41,486 bases of DNA from Bacteroidota bacterium (GTDB lineage: Bacteria; Bacteroidota; Bacteroidia; Palsa-948). The number at the start of each line of letters is the position of its first letter. Position 1 is the stretch's first letter. The notes under the pieces were generated by a model. That model was not told where the DNA came from. It ran no database searches and saw only the letters and a program-made list of their open reading frames with translations. The stretch covers positions 1 to 41,486 of the forward strand of contig SCSP01000074.1 in NCBI GenBank assembly GCA_004297845.1, in the 5' to 3' direction. This document shows, piece by piece, positions 32,966-41,486 of the stretch. A program made the position numbers and the translations under genes.

Positions 32966-34228
32966 ATGCCTACAAAAATCAAATCACTTAATTGTCCAAA
33001 TGAACTTAAAGAGATCGAGAAAAAAGTTCACGAAGAAGTAAATAAATTTATTTCCGAATTTTCAATCTTAGAGAAAGATACTGTTCATGTTTTAACTGAT
33101 TTAAGAACCAACGCATTTTTTTGTGAGTGTTATATTTCAGCAAAAGAATTAATTGAGAATAGTACAATTGATGTTCCGCTTGACCCTGAAAATCAACCCG
33201 AATACAGAGCTAACAGAGACGCACAACCAGAACATTCCGCATATCAAAAAATGCTTGATGATGCCAAAAGCAAAAGAATGTTTAGCAATATCGTTTGCGA
33301 ATACAATACAAATTATCAAGCAAATAAACCCATTAAAATTATCGGAGGGCAACACCGATTTTTGGCAATTGAATCTGCCCATAGTAGCGGAATAAATGAA
33401 TATCATGGTATAAAAATTTATTTCTCTTTAGATAAACATCAGCGGTTAGATGTTCAATTAATATCAAATACAAATATTTCAGTTTCAACTGACTTACTTG
33501 ATAGAATGTTTGAAACCTCAAAAGGTCCTGAATTAAGAACATGGAGCCAAGCCGTTGGGTTGCTGGACAAAGGGGAAGATTTTTCTGATAAAAAACAACG
33601 AGGTAGTCAAATCTCTGTTAGAGGGGCGCGAACATTCATTCTAAATTATTACGAAGGCAAAAATATTGAAGATAAACTTTTTGATAAAAAAGATACGACA
33701 CCAGTATTAGCAAGAACAGGAATGATAGATGAAAGTTGGGAAAAATTACGCTCTAATAAAGATGTTTGGATAGACAAAGAATTAGTTGAGGCTGGTAAAC
33801 AGTTTTCAAAATTGCATAAGGCACAAAAAGATTATTTCAAAAAAAATAAGAAAGAGCAAGTAGAGTTTTCTGAAAAAGCAATTAGTTATTCTGTGCTTGC
33901 ATCGTGGGCTTATGTATCAGGCGTTTTGCATAATAATAAGGTTAGATTAAGCAGACATTTTCAACTCGCAGATATAAAAAATACTGATCCTCTATCAACA
34001 ACACTGCTTGCCAAAGCAAGACATAAAACTGACGCGGAAAATTACAGGGGCTTGGGTACACGAACAGAACCAAAGGACAGAGGAAGATTAACAGAGTTAT
34101 TTTTCTTGCATGCTGAAAAAGGAGGTGGATTTAATAAACCTATGGTTGATTTAGCAATAAAAAAATATCATGCAAAACAATCTAACTTAGAAGTGCTTGA
34201 AGCAGAAAAGAAATTAGGAGATGAATGA
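32966..34228 (+). CDS. ParB/sulfiredoxin-fold protein of the DGQHR/DndB-like type (420 aa)
   Basis: 'KPIKIIGGQHRFLAIE' (G127-R131, nt 33344-33358), preceded by 'YQKMLDDAKSKRMFSNIVCEY'. The size and layout resemble DndB-like proteins. Confidence 0.75.
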   Translation: MPTKIKSLNCPNELKEIEKKVHEEVNKFISEFSILEKDTVHVLTDLRTNAFFCECYISAKELIENSTIDVPLDPENQPEYRANRDAQPEHSAYQKMLDDAKSKRMFSNIVCEYNTNYQANKPIKIIGGQHRFLAIESAHSSGINEYHGIKIYFSLDKHQRLDVQLISNTNISVSTDLLDRMFETSKGPELRTWSQAVGLLDKGEDFSDKKQRGSQISVRGARTFILNYYEGKNIEDKLFDKKDTTPVLARTGMIDESWEKLRSNKDVWIDKELVEAGKQFSKLHKAQKDYFKKNKKEQVEFSEKAISYSVLASWAYVSGVLHNNKVRLSRHFQLADIKNTDPLSTTLLAKARHKTDAENYRGLGTRTEPKDRGRLTELFFLHAEKGGGFNKPMVDLAIKKYHAKQSNLEVLEAEKKLGDE

Positions 34229-34763
34229 ATTTGATATATTCTGCTCAAATCTTTTAGAAGAATCCAAACGATTCTTGGAAAAGTCGAAAAATGAGAAAAA
34301 TGAAGATGGGAAAAAAGCGTATCAACATTCATGTTTATTGCTCTCAATCTGTTCTTTAGAAGCATATATAAATGGAATTTCTGAAGAAATGACACTCGCT
34401 AATGGCTTTCCAATACATTTTAAAGGCATTTTATTGGAAAAAGAAATTCGCATTGATAAAGGAGAGTTTATTTTAAGTGACACATTAAAAATGTCAAGAC
34501 TGACTGAAAGAATAGAAATTCTCTATAGAAGATATTCACGAAAAAAAATTTCAGATTCTAACGAATGGTGGGCAATACTCAAACAGGGGATTGATTTAAG
34601 AAATAAAATTACGCATCCAAAAGAAAATATTGAACTTACTGATATACTCCTTGAAAAAATATTGCAATCTGTTATAGAATGTTTAACTGCTATTTATAGG
34701 GCTGTTTATAAAAATAATTTTCCAAAGTCGAATTTATCCCTTACCTCAAAACTGAATTTCTAA
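34221..34763 (+). CDS. HEPN-domain protein (putative RNase), 180 aa
   Basis: All-helical-looking sequence. 'GIDLRNKITHPKE' gives R127-x4-H132 (nt 34599-34616), the Rx4-6H HEPN signature. An 8-nt start/stop overlap (ATGAATGA) links it to the previous gene. Confidence 0.7.
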   Translation: MNEFDIFCSNLLEESKRFLEKSKNEKNEDGKKAYQHSCLLLSICSLEAYINGISEEMTLANGFPIHFKGILLEKEIRIDKGEFILSDTLKMSRLTERIEILYRRYSRKKISDSNEWWAILKQGIDLRNKITHPKENIELTDILLEKILQSVIECLTAIYRAVYKNNFPKSNLSLTSKLNF

Positions 34764-34980
34764 TTTCTGAAAGGTCTCTCAATACCCATTTTCTTCTTGT
34801 TTCCAGCCTTTTAAACACTCATCACACTTTTTGCAATCTCCTATCGTTATAACCAATAACTCAACTTGACGATGATGTAATGTTTACGCGAATTAAAAAG
34901 TAATACTAACCAAAAAAGACCTGAAAGCAAAGTATCAGGCATCGCGTAAAATGTCAAGTACAAATGAAACTGGGCAAGCT

Positions 34981-36075
34981 TTACCTATTCAAAACAATCT
35001 TTCGGGTAATCGTTCCTTCTTTGGAGTTAATACGAAGGAAATAAATACCGTTAGGCAGGCAGGAGAAGTCTAAACTGCCATCCTTGCCCGGCAGCGCCAG
35101 GGAGCTGAGTTTTTCGCCTGTTGCCAAGTAAATTTCTGCCGTATACTCCTTAACGGAAGCAGGCATTATAATGTTTACTTTTCCAGCCGAAGGATTCGGA
35201 TATGCCTTCACAGCGCTGAGGGAAGGGTTTTCAGCCAATCCGCCAATCACAGGCAGGGTTTTGAGCCAGGTGATGCTCTGGATGGTATCTCCCGCGGTGC
35301 TGTCAAATTCAAGCACCGAGAATCCCAACCCGCTTGCCCACCAGGCAAAATGCCAGTTACTATCCAGCGTTTCAGCCGCAAAAGACCATTGCGAAGTGAT
35401 ACTATTGCGAATCCAGATACTATCGTGCGTTACCACTTTTCCTTTTTGGCGAAGGCAGTTGTAAGTGCCTAACGGAGTGGTTATACTCCCCCACGCATCT
35501 GTTAACACATTCTTATCCTTTTCCTCTTTTATTCGTACTGAGTCTATCGGGAACGAGGAATAGGGAGCAGTTAAAGTAAATCCCGAAGTGTTTTGAAAAG
35601 TAGAATTATAGGTATTGGGAAACGATGTTATTTCTTCATTGGGGTTCATTTGCAGTACTCCTGACCCCTGACCGGTAAAATCGGCATAGGCTCCCATAAT
35701 AAATAAACCGGTTGCAGTATTTTTCAGATAGTATTCTGTTCCGTCAGGAAACAGAATAGCCAGGTTTGAGGTTGGAAAATTTGAGCCGCTGGATAGCCAG
35801 GCCGGGTTTGTAAAAGTCATGGTATCAATGGTGTTACTGAGCAAAGTTGAGAAATCCCATGTTTTATTTGCCCCTGAAGGTCCGGGGTTGATAGCGCCCA
35901 CAGTAAGTGATTTTACCGTATCGGTAGCCTGGTAAAGAACTTTTCCTGCGAGAACAACATCGTACGGATAGATGGTGATCTGCGCATTGGAAACTACAAT
36001 CCCGCAGGTTGCAAATGTTAAAAGTGTCCCGATGAAACGAGGACTCGTCCGTTGGCGAATAATTGTTTTTTTCAT
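34981..36075 (-). CDS. T9SS cargo protein of unknown function (type-A C-terminal sorting domain)
   Basis: N-terminal signal/anchor. The C-terminus 'VKAYPNPSAGKVNIIMP...GIYFLRINSKEGTITRKIVLNR' matches the Por-secretion-tail pattern. Confidence 0.8.
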   Translation of the reverse strand: MKKTIIRQRTSPRFIGTLLTFATCGIVVSNAQITIYPYDVVLAGKVLYQATDTVKSLTVGAINPGPSGANKTWDFSTLLSNTIDTMTFTNPAWLSSGSNFPTSNLAILFPDGTEYYLKNTATGLFIMGAYADFTGQGSGVLQMNPNEEITSFPNTYNSTFQNTSGFTLTAPYSSFPIDSVRIKEEKDKNVLTDAWGSITTPLGTYNCLRQKGKVVTHDSIWIRNSITSQWSFAAETLDSNWHFAWWASGLGFSVLEFDSTAGDTIQSITWLKTLPVIGGLAENPSLSAVKAYPNPSAGKVNIIMPASVKEYTAEIYLATGEKLSSLALPGKDGSLDFSCLPNGIYFLRINSKEGTITRKIVLNR

Positions 36076-36104
36076 TGGTTTTGTTTTTATTAATAATGTG
36101 TATA

Positions 36105-37265
36105 TTATTTTTCTGAGATTATTTTTTTAGTGTCAGATACTTCCCCTGCCTGCATCCGGTAAAAGTAGGATCCTGCTGGATATTTATTCATATCCGCTGT
36201 AATCTCATATTCCCCTTTCAACTTCTCTTCATTTACCAACACAGCTATTTCTTTTCCTGTTACATCAAACAACTTTATCACAATTTTTTCCCTGCCCGGC
36301 ACAGCGTATTTAATAATGATCTGACCGATGCCCGGATTAGGAATGTTCTGGTCAAGGCGATATCCTTTTTCAATAAAAGATAAATTATTGACAGATAACA
36401 AGCCGGCAGTTGAGAAAGCCCAAACAGTGGAATAATTACTCCAACTCCCTCCATTGTTGGCTTTGACTCTCCAATAAAATGTTGTTGAGTCAGGCAGTCC
36501 AACTACCGTATTGTAATTAACCCCCACATTCACGGATTTGAACAAGGCAGTGAATCCGGTGTCCGTGGAAACATCCAGGTGATACATTACATCATCATTT
36601 TTTTTAAGCCATTTCAACTGCTTCACTGATCCTACATTGTAAGACCAGTTCGAGGGAAGATCAAGCACCGGTACGGAAGCCAGCGTATCATTTGGCCCTG
36701 TATAGGTAACAAACATTTCAATTTTCCTGAGCGGGCAATCATTTCCATCCCTGAGTTCGCTTACGATCGTATCCGCAAAATTCATTCCCGATGTTACCTG
36801 CCCGTAAATGGTATAATTGTTATCAAGACTTGGCTGCGGAGCCACGCATATATAAAACTGTGAATTGGCGCTGTTAATGTTCGCATCGCGCGCTGCAGCC
36901 AGTGTTCCTCTTTTATGTGTGGCAGCGCTGAACTCAGCATTCACCGTAGGTTGGTTGGGATCACCTTGCCCCCATGTTGATTTAGGTCCGTGTCTGGAGT
37001 TAGGATCACCTCCCTGTATCACAAAACCGGGAATTACGCGGTGAAAAGCAGTGGTATCGAAGAAAACCTTGCTTATGAGGCTGTCAAAATTCTTAACGTG
37101 ATTGGGGGCTATTGCCGGAAAAAGCTCCACATTAATATTTCCCAGAAAAATTCCGTTACGGGTGGTGAGTATCTGGTACCGTGGCTTGCCAGTAAATTGC
37201 GCTTTACTTTCTGCCGCCGAAAGGAGAGCAATGAGAACAGCGACCAATATTTTTCTGTATGGCAT
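36105..37265 (-). CDS. cyclophilin-type peptidyl-prolyl cis-trans isomerase fused to an FN3-like module and a T9SS type-A sorting domain
   Basis: Signal peptide. Cyclophilin motifs FHRVIPGFVIQGGDP and NSANSQFYI. 'TTFYWRVKANNGGSWSNYSTVWAFST'. C-terminal 'LDQNIPNPGIGQIIIKY...GSYFYRMQAG'. Confidence 0.9.
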   Translation of the reverse strand: MPYRKILVAVLIALLSAAESKAQFTGKPRYQILTTRNGIFLGNINVELFPAIAPNHVKNFDSLISKVFFDTTAFHRVIPGFVIQGGDPNSRHGPKSTWGQGDPNQPTVNAEFSAATHKRGTLAAARDANINSANSQFYICVAPQPSLDNNYTIYGQVTSGMNFADTIVSELRDGNDCPLRKIEMFVTYTGPNDTLASVPVLDLPSNWSYNVGSVKQLKWLKKNDDVMYHLDVSTDTGFTALFKSVNVGVNYNTVVGLPDSTTFYWRVKANNGGSWSNYSTVWAFSTAGLLSVNNLSFIEKGYRLDQNIPNPGIGQIIIKYAVPGREKIVIKLFDVTGKEIAVLVNEEKLKGEYEITADMNKYPAGSYFYRMQAGEVSDTKKIISEK

Positions 37266-37485
37266 ATCTTTCTGTTTACAAAAATAAGTCTTTTAAATGA
37301 ACCTGAAAGTCGGTAATGGAAGTTATCGCGTCAGAAATTGATACGATTTATCCAGATGGTGAATATCCTGTTAATAAGTATAACACTGAATTTGTAACAT
37401 TTTTATCCGTCCTTTCGTCTAACACATAAATCTGCTCTTAATAGCGGACGAAAAAGGCAAGTAACCAAAATAAGAAAACCGGATT

Positions 37486-37665
37486 ATGTCATTTTTTTCA
37501 TTTCTGTCTGATAACTACGAACTGAGCAAGTTTGTATTGCCTAAAAAAAGACCGGAAAATGATCATTTGGATAAAACCGAGAGAAATAAGCTGGAGAAAT
37601 TAATGCAGGAAAAGGACTTTTACGAGATCAATTCCATAATCAAAGGCAGGTACAAAACCGTTTGA
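37486..37665 (+). CDS. possible small protein (59 aa), below the track's length cutoff
   Basis: Hand-translated ATG ORF: MSFFSFLSDNYELSKFVLPKKRPENDHLDKTERNKLEKLMQEKDFYEINSIIKGRYKTV*. No motif. It is the only ORF in a 437-nt gap. Confidence 0.25.
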   Translation: MSFFSFLSDNYELSKFVLPKKRPENDHLDKTERNKLEKLMQEKDFYEINSIIKGRYKTV

Positions 37666-37702
37666 CCGTTTCATTCTCCTTATTTTTTTTGAAAACAATT
37701 TT

Positions 37703-40700
37703 TTATCTGACAAGTGTAACATTACCATCAATATACTTCGAGGTTCCGGTAATGAAATTTATATTGAGGGTATAAAAGAACACGGCAGGATCCACGGGTT
37801 TTCCGTGAAACCTTCCATCCCACTTTTCGGTTTGATCAGTTGTAAAAAATACTTTTTGCCCCCAACGGTTATACACCGTAAATTCCATATCCAATATACA
37901 TGGGTTTCTTACATAAAAGAGATCATTAAAACCATCATTATTAGGAGAGAATGCGCTTGGAACAAAAATATCTTCACATTCCATGGTAACATTAACAATA
38001 ACCGTATCCAAAGAAGTACATCCGTTTATATCTATTGTGGTAACTGTATAAATAGTGGTGACTGTAGGGTTTGCAGCAGGATTTGCACAGGTATCGCAGC
38101 TTAATCCTGTGGTTGGGCTCCAGGTATACGTTCCGGTGCTTGTGAGTCCGGTTAATGTGGTGGTTGCACCAATGTTAATTGTATAAGGAGACGCTGTTGC
38201 ATCAGCCGTTGGCGATGGGTTTACATTCACATTGATAACAGCAAAATCGCTGCAAGCGCCATTGGAAGCTGTTACCGTATAGCTTGTATTTGCAACAGGA
38301 TTAACAGAAATTGAAGGGGTTATTTGACCTGTATTCCATGAATACATGCTACCGCCTGACGCGGTAAGCATGGAAAGATCACCACTGCAGATAACCGTAT
38401 CTCCGGTGACAATTGCATTTACCAGAGGAAGCACATTTATGAGCGCAGAGGCATCATCGGTGCAGCCGTTCGCATCGGTTGTTGTAACAGTATATGTGGT
38501 TGAAGAGGCAGGACATACGCTGATAACAGAAGAGGTAGATCCTCCCGGTGCCCAAACATACGATAGTCCACCGGTTGCAGATAAAGTACTGCAGCTTCCG
38601 ATGCAGATACTCATTTGAGTAGCCGTTAATGCAGCAGATGGAACGGCATTAACAGTAATGGAAATACTTGCCACAGAACTGCAACCTCCGTTTGAAACAG
38701 TTACCGTATACGTAATATTTGCCGTTGAAGAAGAAACAGGATTTGAAATATTCGAATTGTCTAATCCTGTTGCAGGGGACCATACATAGGAAGCGCCTCC
38801 GCTTGCAGTAAGCGAAGTGGATGATCCGGAACACATCGTGGTACTTCCTCCTATAGCGGTAACACTTGCAGTAGGCTGGGCAATTACGCTTACGGAATAG
38901 GTATCACTGTCCGTACAGCCTGATGGGTTTGTCGCCACTACAGAATAACCTGTTGCAACAGTAGGTGAAACAACAATGGAGGTGGTGGTTTCAGCGGTAT
39001 TCCAAACATAGGTGCCCCCACCGGATGCTGTAAGCGTTGCCGAACTTCCTGAACAGATACTGCTACTTGTTCCGCTGATCAATGCGGTAACAGAGCTTAC
39101 ATTGACCGTAAAGTTTGCTGTGTTTGTGCATCCGTTGCCATCGGTTACTGTAACAGAATACCCGCTAGTAATTGTAGGGTTTACCGTAATTATGGCATTT
39201 GTATTTCCGACATTCCACGAATAAGTACCTCCACCCGTTGCGGTGAGAGTGGATGAAGAACCCAAACAAATTGTGCTGTTTCCGCTTATACCGGCCGCAG
39301 GCAATGAATTTACATTCACTGTAACGACATCCGAGGCGGTTCCGCAAACATCCGTAATAGTTACTGTATAATCAGTTGTACCCGTTGGATTAGCAACAGG
39401 ATTTGCACAGGTTGTGCAATTTAATCCGGAAGCAGGGGACCAACTGTAAGTGCTGCCTCCGCTGGCATTAAGGGGTGCGCTTGCACCAATACATATTGTA
39501 GCATCCGCTCCCGCATTTACTGAGGGGGTTGCGGTAATAGAAACTGTTACACTATCACTTACGCTTCCGCAACTATTAGTAACTGTGACCGTATACGTAA
39601 TATTTGACGTAGGGTTCGCAACCGGGTTGGCACAAGTGGTACAGCTTAAATTCGCAGCAGGAGTCCATGCGTAAGTACCGCTCCCTGTAACACTCAGTGA
39701 AGTACTTGCTCCCGCGCAGATAGAAACATCAGGACTTGGACTTGCGGTGGGCAGAGGACTTGGATTCACGGTGATCACATCACTGTCTGTGCAGCCGCTT
39801 CCATCCGTTGCAATCACGGTATAAGTGGTTGAGGTTATCGGATTCGCTGTAATAGGATTCGTGATCGCTCCGGTGCTCCACGAATAACTTACGCCTCCGG
39901 ATGCGGTTAGTGTGGTTGTTTGCCCGCTGCATACTGTTGTATTTCCGGTGATACCTGCAACAGGGTTCGCTATGGTAACTGTAACATCATCGCTGTTTGT
40001 ACCGCACGAAGCTGTAATGCTGAATGTATAGGTAGTTGTTGTTGCTGTAGGAGTAGCCACCGGGCTCGCACAAGAGATACAACTTAATGTTCCGGATGGC
40101 GACCACACAAATGTGCCGCTTCCTGTTCCCGTTAAAGTAGTACTTGTTCCGGCCCCGGGACATATAGTAACATCCGGCCCGGCATAGGCAGAAGGCAATG
40201 CGGGATAGGTAAGGGAAATTTCATCGGTGGCTGATCCGCAATTATTAGTAACAGTAAGCGTGTAAGTGATTACAGCGGTGGAGGTGGGAGTAGCCACCGG
40301 ATTGGCACAAGTAGTGCAATTTAAATAAGTTGACGGAGACCACAGGAATGTACCGTTACCGGTTCCATTAAAGGTGGTATTGTCTCCCAGACAAACTGAA
40401 ACATCCGCCCCCGCACTGGCTATGGGTTGAGGATAAACTGTTACGCTGTAGCTGGATGAATTGGTGCAGGTATTTGCATCTGTTCCTACTACACTGTAAT
40501 TCGTAGAGTTTGTTGGAGCAACAGAAACATTTGTGGTTGTTGCTCCACCGGGAGACCATACATACGATATACCGCCCGAAGCAGTGAGCGTGGTAGGGAG
40601 ACCTGAACATACCGTATTTGTCCCGCTCACAGTTACGGTGGGCGTTGCATATACCGTTACACTATAACTGGTAGTAACCGTACAACTGTTTGCACCTGTG

Positions 40701-41486
40701 GCAACAACCGTATAATTTGTAGAAGTTGTAGGGCTGGCTACCGGATTTGAAATAATAGCGCTATTTAAACTTCCGGAAGGAGACCACACATAGCTGCTTG
40801 CTCCGGAAACATTGAGCGTTGTATTTGTTCCTATACAAATTGTATTTGTTCCACTGAGAGTAAGTGAGGGTATTGCATTTATAGTTACAACTGTGGTAGC
40901 ATTTACTGCTGAACATGGAGCAGGAGAAGCAACTGTGTAGGTAACAGTATAGGTACCGGCTGTACTTGTGCCTGGCGTGATCGTTCCGCTTGCGTCCATC
41001 ATTAACCCTGCGGGTGAAAATGTATATGTCCCGCCTGCTGTTCCTGTTAATGCTACTGTTTGAGTGCCGGCAGAAGTACACCAAGGTGAACCTGTATACG
41101 ATATGCTTGCGGTAGAAGGGTTAACGACAGTTACTGTAACGGTAGCAGGCAAACTTGTACAAAACACACCATCAGTAACAATAACCGTATAGGTAGTTGT
41201 AGTAGTTGGGGTGGCAACTGTATTATTAGTGGTACTAGCGGTAGTGGTATTCGCAGGATTTAAGCCACCGGTAGTTGGATTCTGTGTCCATGCATATGAA
41301 TAATTGGGAGAAGTGGGACCAGTAACTGTTGCCGTTAATGTGGTACTTTGCCCATTACATATTGTAAAATTTGCAGAAACGCTGATAGTTGGTGCGATAC
41401 ACTGTATTTTATTCTGAGAAAAAGAGGCCGCAACCCCTGCTACCGCAAAAACTAATAGAAAGAAAACTCTTTTTAATGAAATTTGC
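37703..41486 (-). CDS. giant Ig-like-repeat surface protein with gliding-motility-associated (T9SS type-B) C-terminal domain; start codon at or just beyond the window end
   Basis: The frame stays open upstream of the track's Met (41167) to nt 41485. It reads (M)QISLKRVFFLLVFAVAGVAASFSQ, a signal peptide, and the leftover 'g' at 41486 fits an ATG whose 'AT' lies outside the window. There are more than 12 Cys-containing repeats of about 75 aa. The C-terminus 'FVPSAFSPNNDGFNDLFYV...YNRWGQKVF...WDG......VFFY' is the CHU_C/type-B CTD signature. Confidence 0.9.
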   Translation of the reverse strand, partial: QISLKRVFFLLVFAVAGVAASFSQNKIQCIAPTISVSANFTICNGQSTTLTATVTGPTSPNYSYAWTQNPTTGGLNPANTTTASTTNNTVATPTTTTTYTVIVTDGVFCTSLPATVTVTVVNPSTASISYTGSPWCTSAGTQTVALTGTAGGTYTFSPAGLMMDASGTITPGTSTAGTYTVTYTVASPAPCSAVNATTVVTINAIPSLTLSGTNTICIGTNTTLNVSGASSYVWSPSGSLNSAIISNPVASPTTSTNYTVVATGANSCTVTTSYSVTVYATPTVTVSGTNTVCSGLPTTLTASGGISYVWSPGGATTTNVSVAPTNSTNYSVVGTDANTCTNSSSYSVTVYPQPIASAGADVSVCLGDNTTFNGTGNGTFLWSPSTYLNCTTCANPVATPTSTAVITYTLTVTNNCGSATDEISLTYPALPSAYAGPDVTICPGAGTSTTLTGTGSGTFVWSPSGTLSCISCASPVATPTATTTTYTFSITASCGTNSDDVTVTIANPVAGITGNTTVCSGQTTTLTASGGVSYSWSTGAITNPITANPITSTTYTVIATDGSGCTDSDVITVNPSPLPTASPSPDVSICAGASTSLSVTGSGTYAWTPAANLSCTTCANPVANPTSNITYTVTVTNSCGSVSDSVTVSITATPSVNAGADATICIGASAPLNASGGSTYSWSPASGLNCTTCANPVANPTGTTDYTVTITDVCGTASDVVTVNVNSLPAAGISGNSTICLGSSSTLTATGGGTYSWNVGNTNAIITVNPTITSGYSVTVTDGNGCTNTANFTVNVSSVTALISGTSSSICSGSSATLTASGGGTYVWNTAETTTSIVVSPTVATGYSVVATNPSGCTDSDTYSVSVIAQPTASVTAIGGSTTMCSGSSTSLTASGGASYVWSPATGLDNSNISNPVSSSTANITYTVTVSNGGCSSVASISITVNAVPSAALTATQMSICIGSCSTLSATGGLSYVWAPGGSTSSVISVCPASSTTYTVTTTDANGCTDDASALINVLPLVNAIVTGDTVICSGDLSMLTASGGSMYSWNTGQITPSISVNPVANTSYTVTASNGACSDFAVINVNVNPSPTADATASPYTINIGATTTLTGLTSTGTYTWSPTTGLSCDTCANPAANPTVTTIYTVTTIDINGCTSLDTVIVNVTMECEDIFVPSAFSPNNDGFNDLFYVRNPCILDMEFTVYNRWGQKVFFTTDQTEKWDGRFHGKPVDPAVFFYTLNINFITGTSKYIDGNVTLVR

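Noticed and set aside
34779-34856. A tiny Cys-rich minus-strand ORF (…ITIGDCKKCDECLKGWKQEENGY*) in the gap after the HEPN gene, as a possible gene remnant or small zinc-ribbon protein
   Set aside because: It has only about 25 codons, no ATG start, and no supporting context, so it cannot be distinguished from chance.
20204-34980. A classical tRNA-Asp-anchored integrative genomic island covering all ten co-directional accessory genes
   Set aside because: The window has no integrase or recombinase. By eye I found no direct repeat of the tRNA 3' end (…ggttcgaatcccgtccagtccg) at 34764-34980. GC in 20.6-30.3 kb looks like the core genome, and only about 30340-34763 is clearly AT-rich.
38346-39674. 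Several 60-100-aa + strand ORFs opposite the adhesin gene
   Set aside because: They are by-products of the repetitive Thr/Ser/Gly codon composition on the - strand and contain no motifs.

Overview
This 41.5-kb segment reads as Bacteroidota: it has T9SS type-A and type-B C-terminal sorting domains, SprB/PKD-type repeats, TPR-PD40-OmpA envelope proteins, many Sec/lipoprotein signals and little Shine-Dalgarno use. (i) 1-14.6 kb is an envelope cluster with five TPR/PD40/OmpA-type genes. Three are tandem paralogues, interrupted by a TPR-transmembrane-SpoIIE (PP2C) phosphatase. (ii) 14.7-20.3 kb holds housekeeping genes (3-hydroxyacyl-CoA dehydrogenase, Nudix CoA pyrophosphatase, MltF-like transglycosylase) and ends in tRNA-Asp(GTC) plus a terminator. 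(iii) 20.6-34.8 kb holds ten co-directional (+) accessory genes. They are a secreted tail-collar-domain protein, a T9SS cargo protein, a 1246-aa FN3 / M43-like metalloprotease / AHSMG lipase-like protein, two small lipoproteins, a single-chain type IIG restriction-modification enzyme, an IS200/RAYT-type Y1 transposase embedded in hairpins and 78-bp tandem repeats, and an AT-rich three-gene operon. That operon (acidic helical protein, ParB-Srx 'GGQHR' DndB-like protein, Rx4H HEPN protein) is my best candidate for an undescribed defence or toxin-antitoxin-like system. (iv) 35-41.5 kb (- strand) holds T9SS cargo: an unknown protein, a cyclophilin PPIase-CTD fusion, and a >1260-aa Ig-repeat adhesin with a type-B CTD. 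A family of roughly 27-35-bp GC-rich hairpin-plus-purine-tract mini-elements sits in frame in three different genes (four copies). GC drops sharply inside the R-M gene near 30340 and stays low through the ParB/HEPN operon. I saw no CRISPR array, rRNA, integrase, reverse transcriptase or phage structural module.
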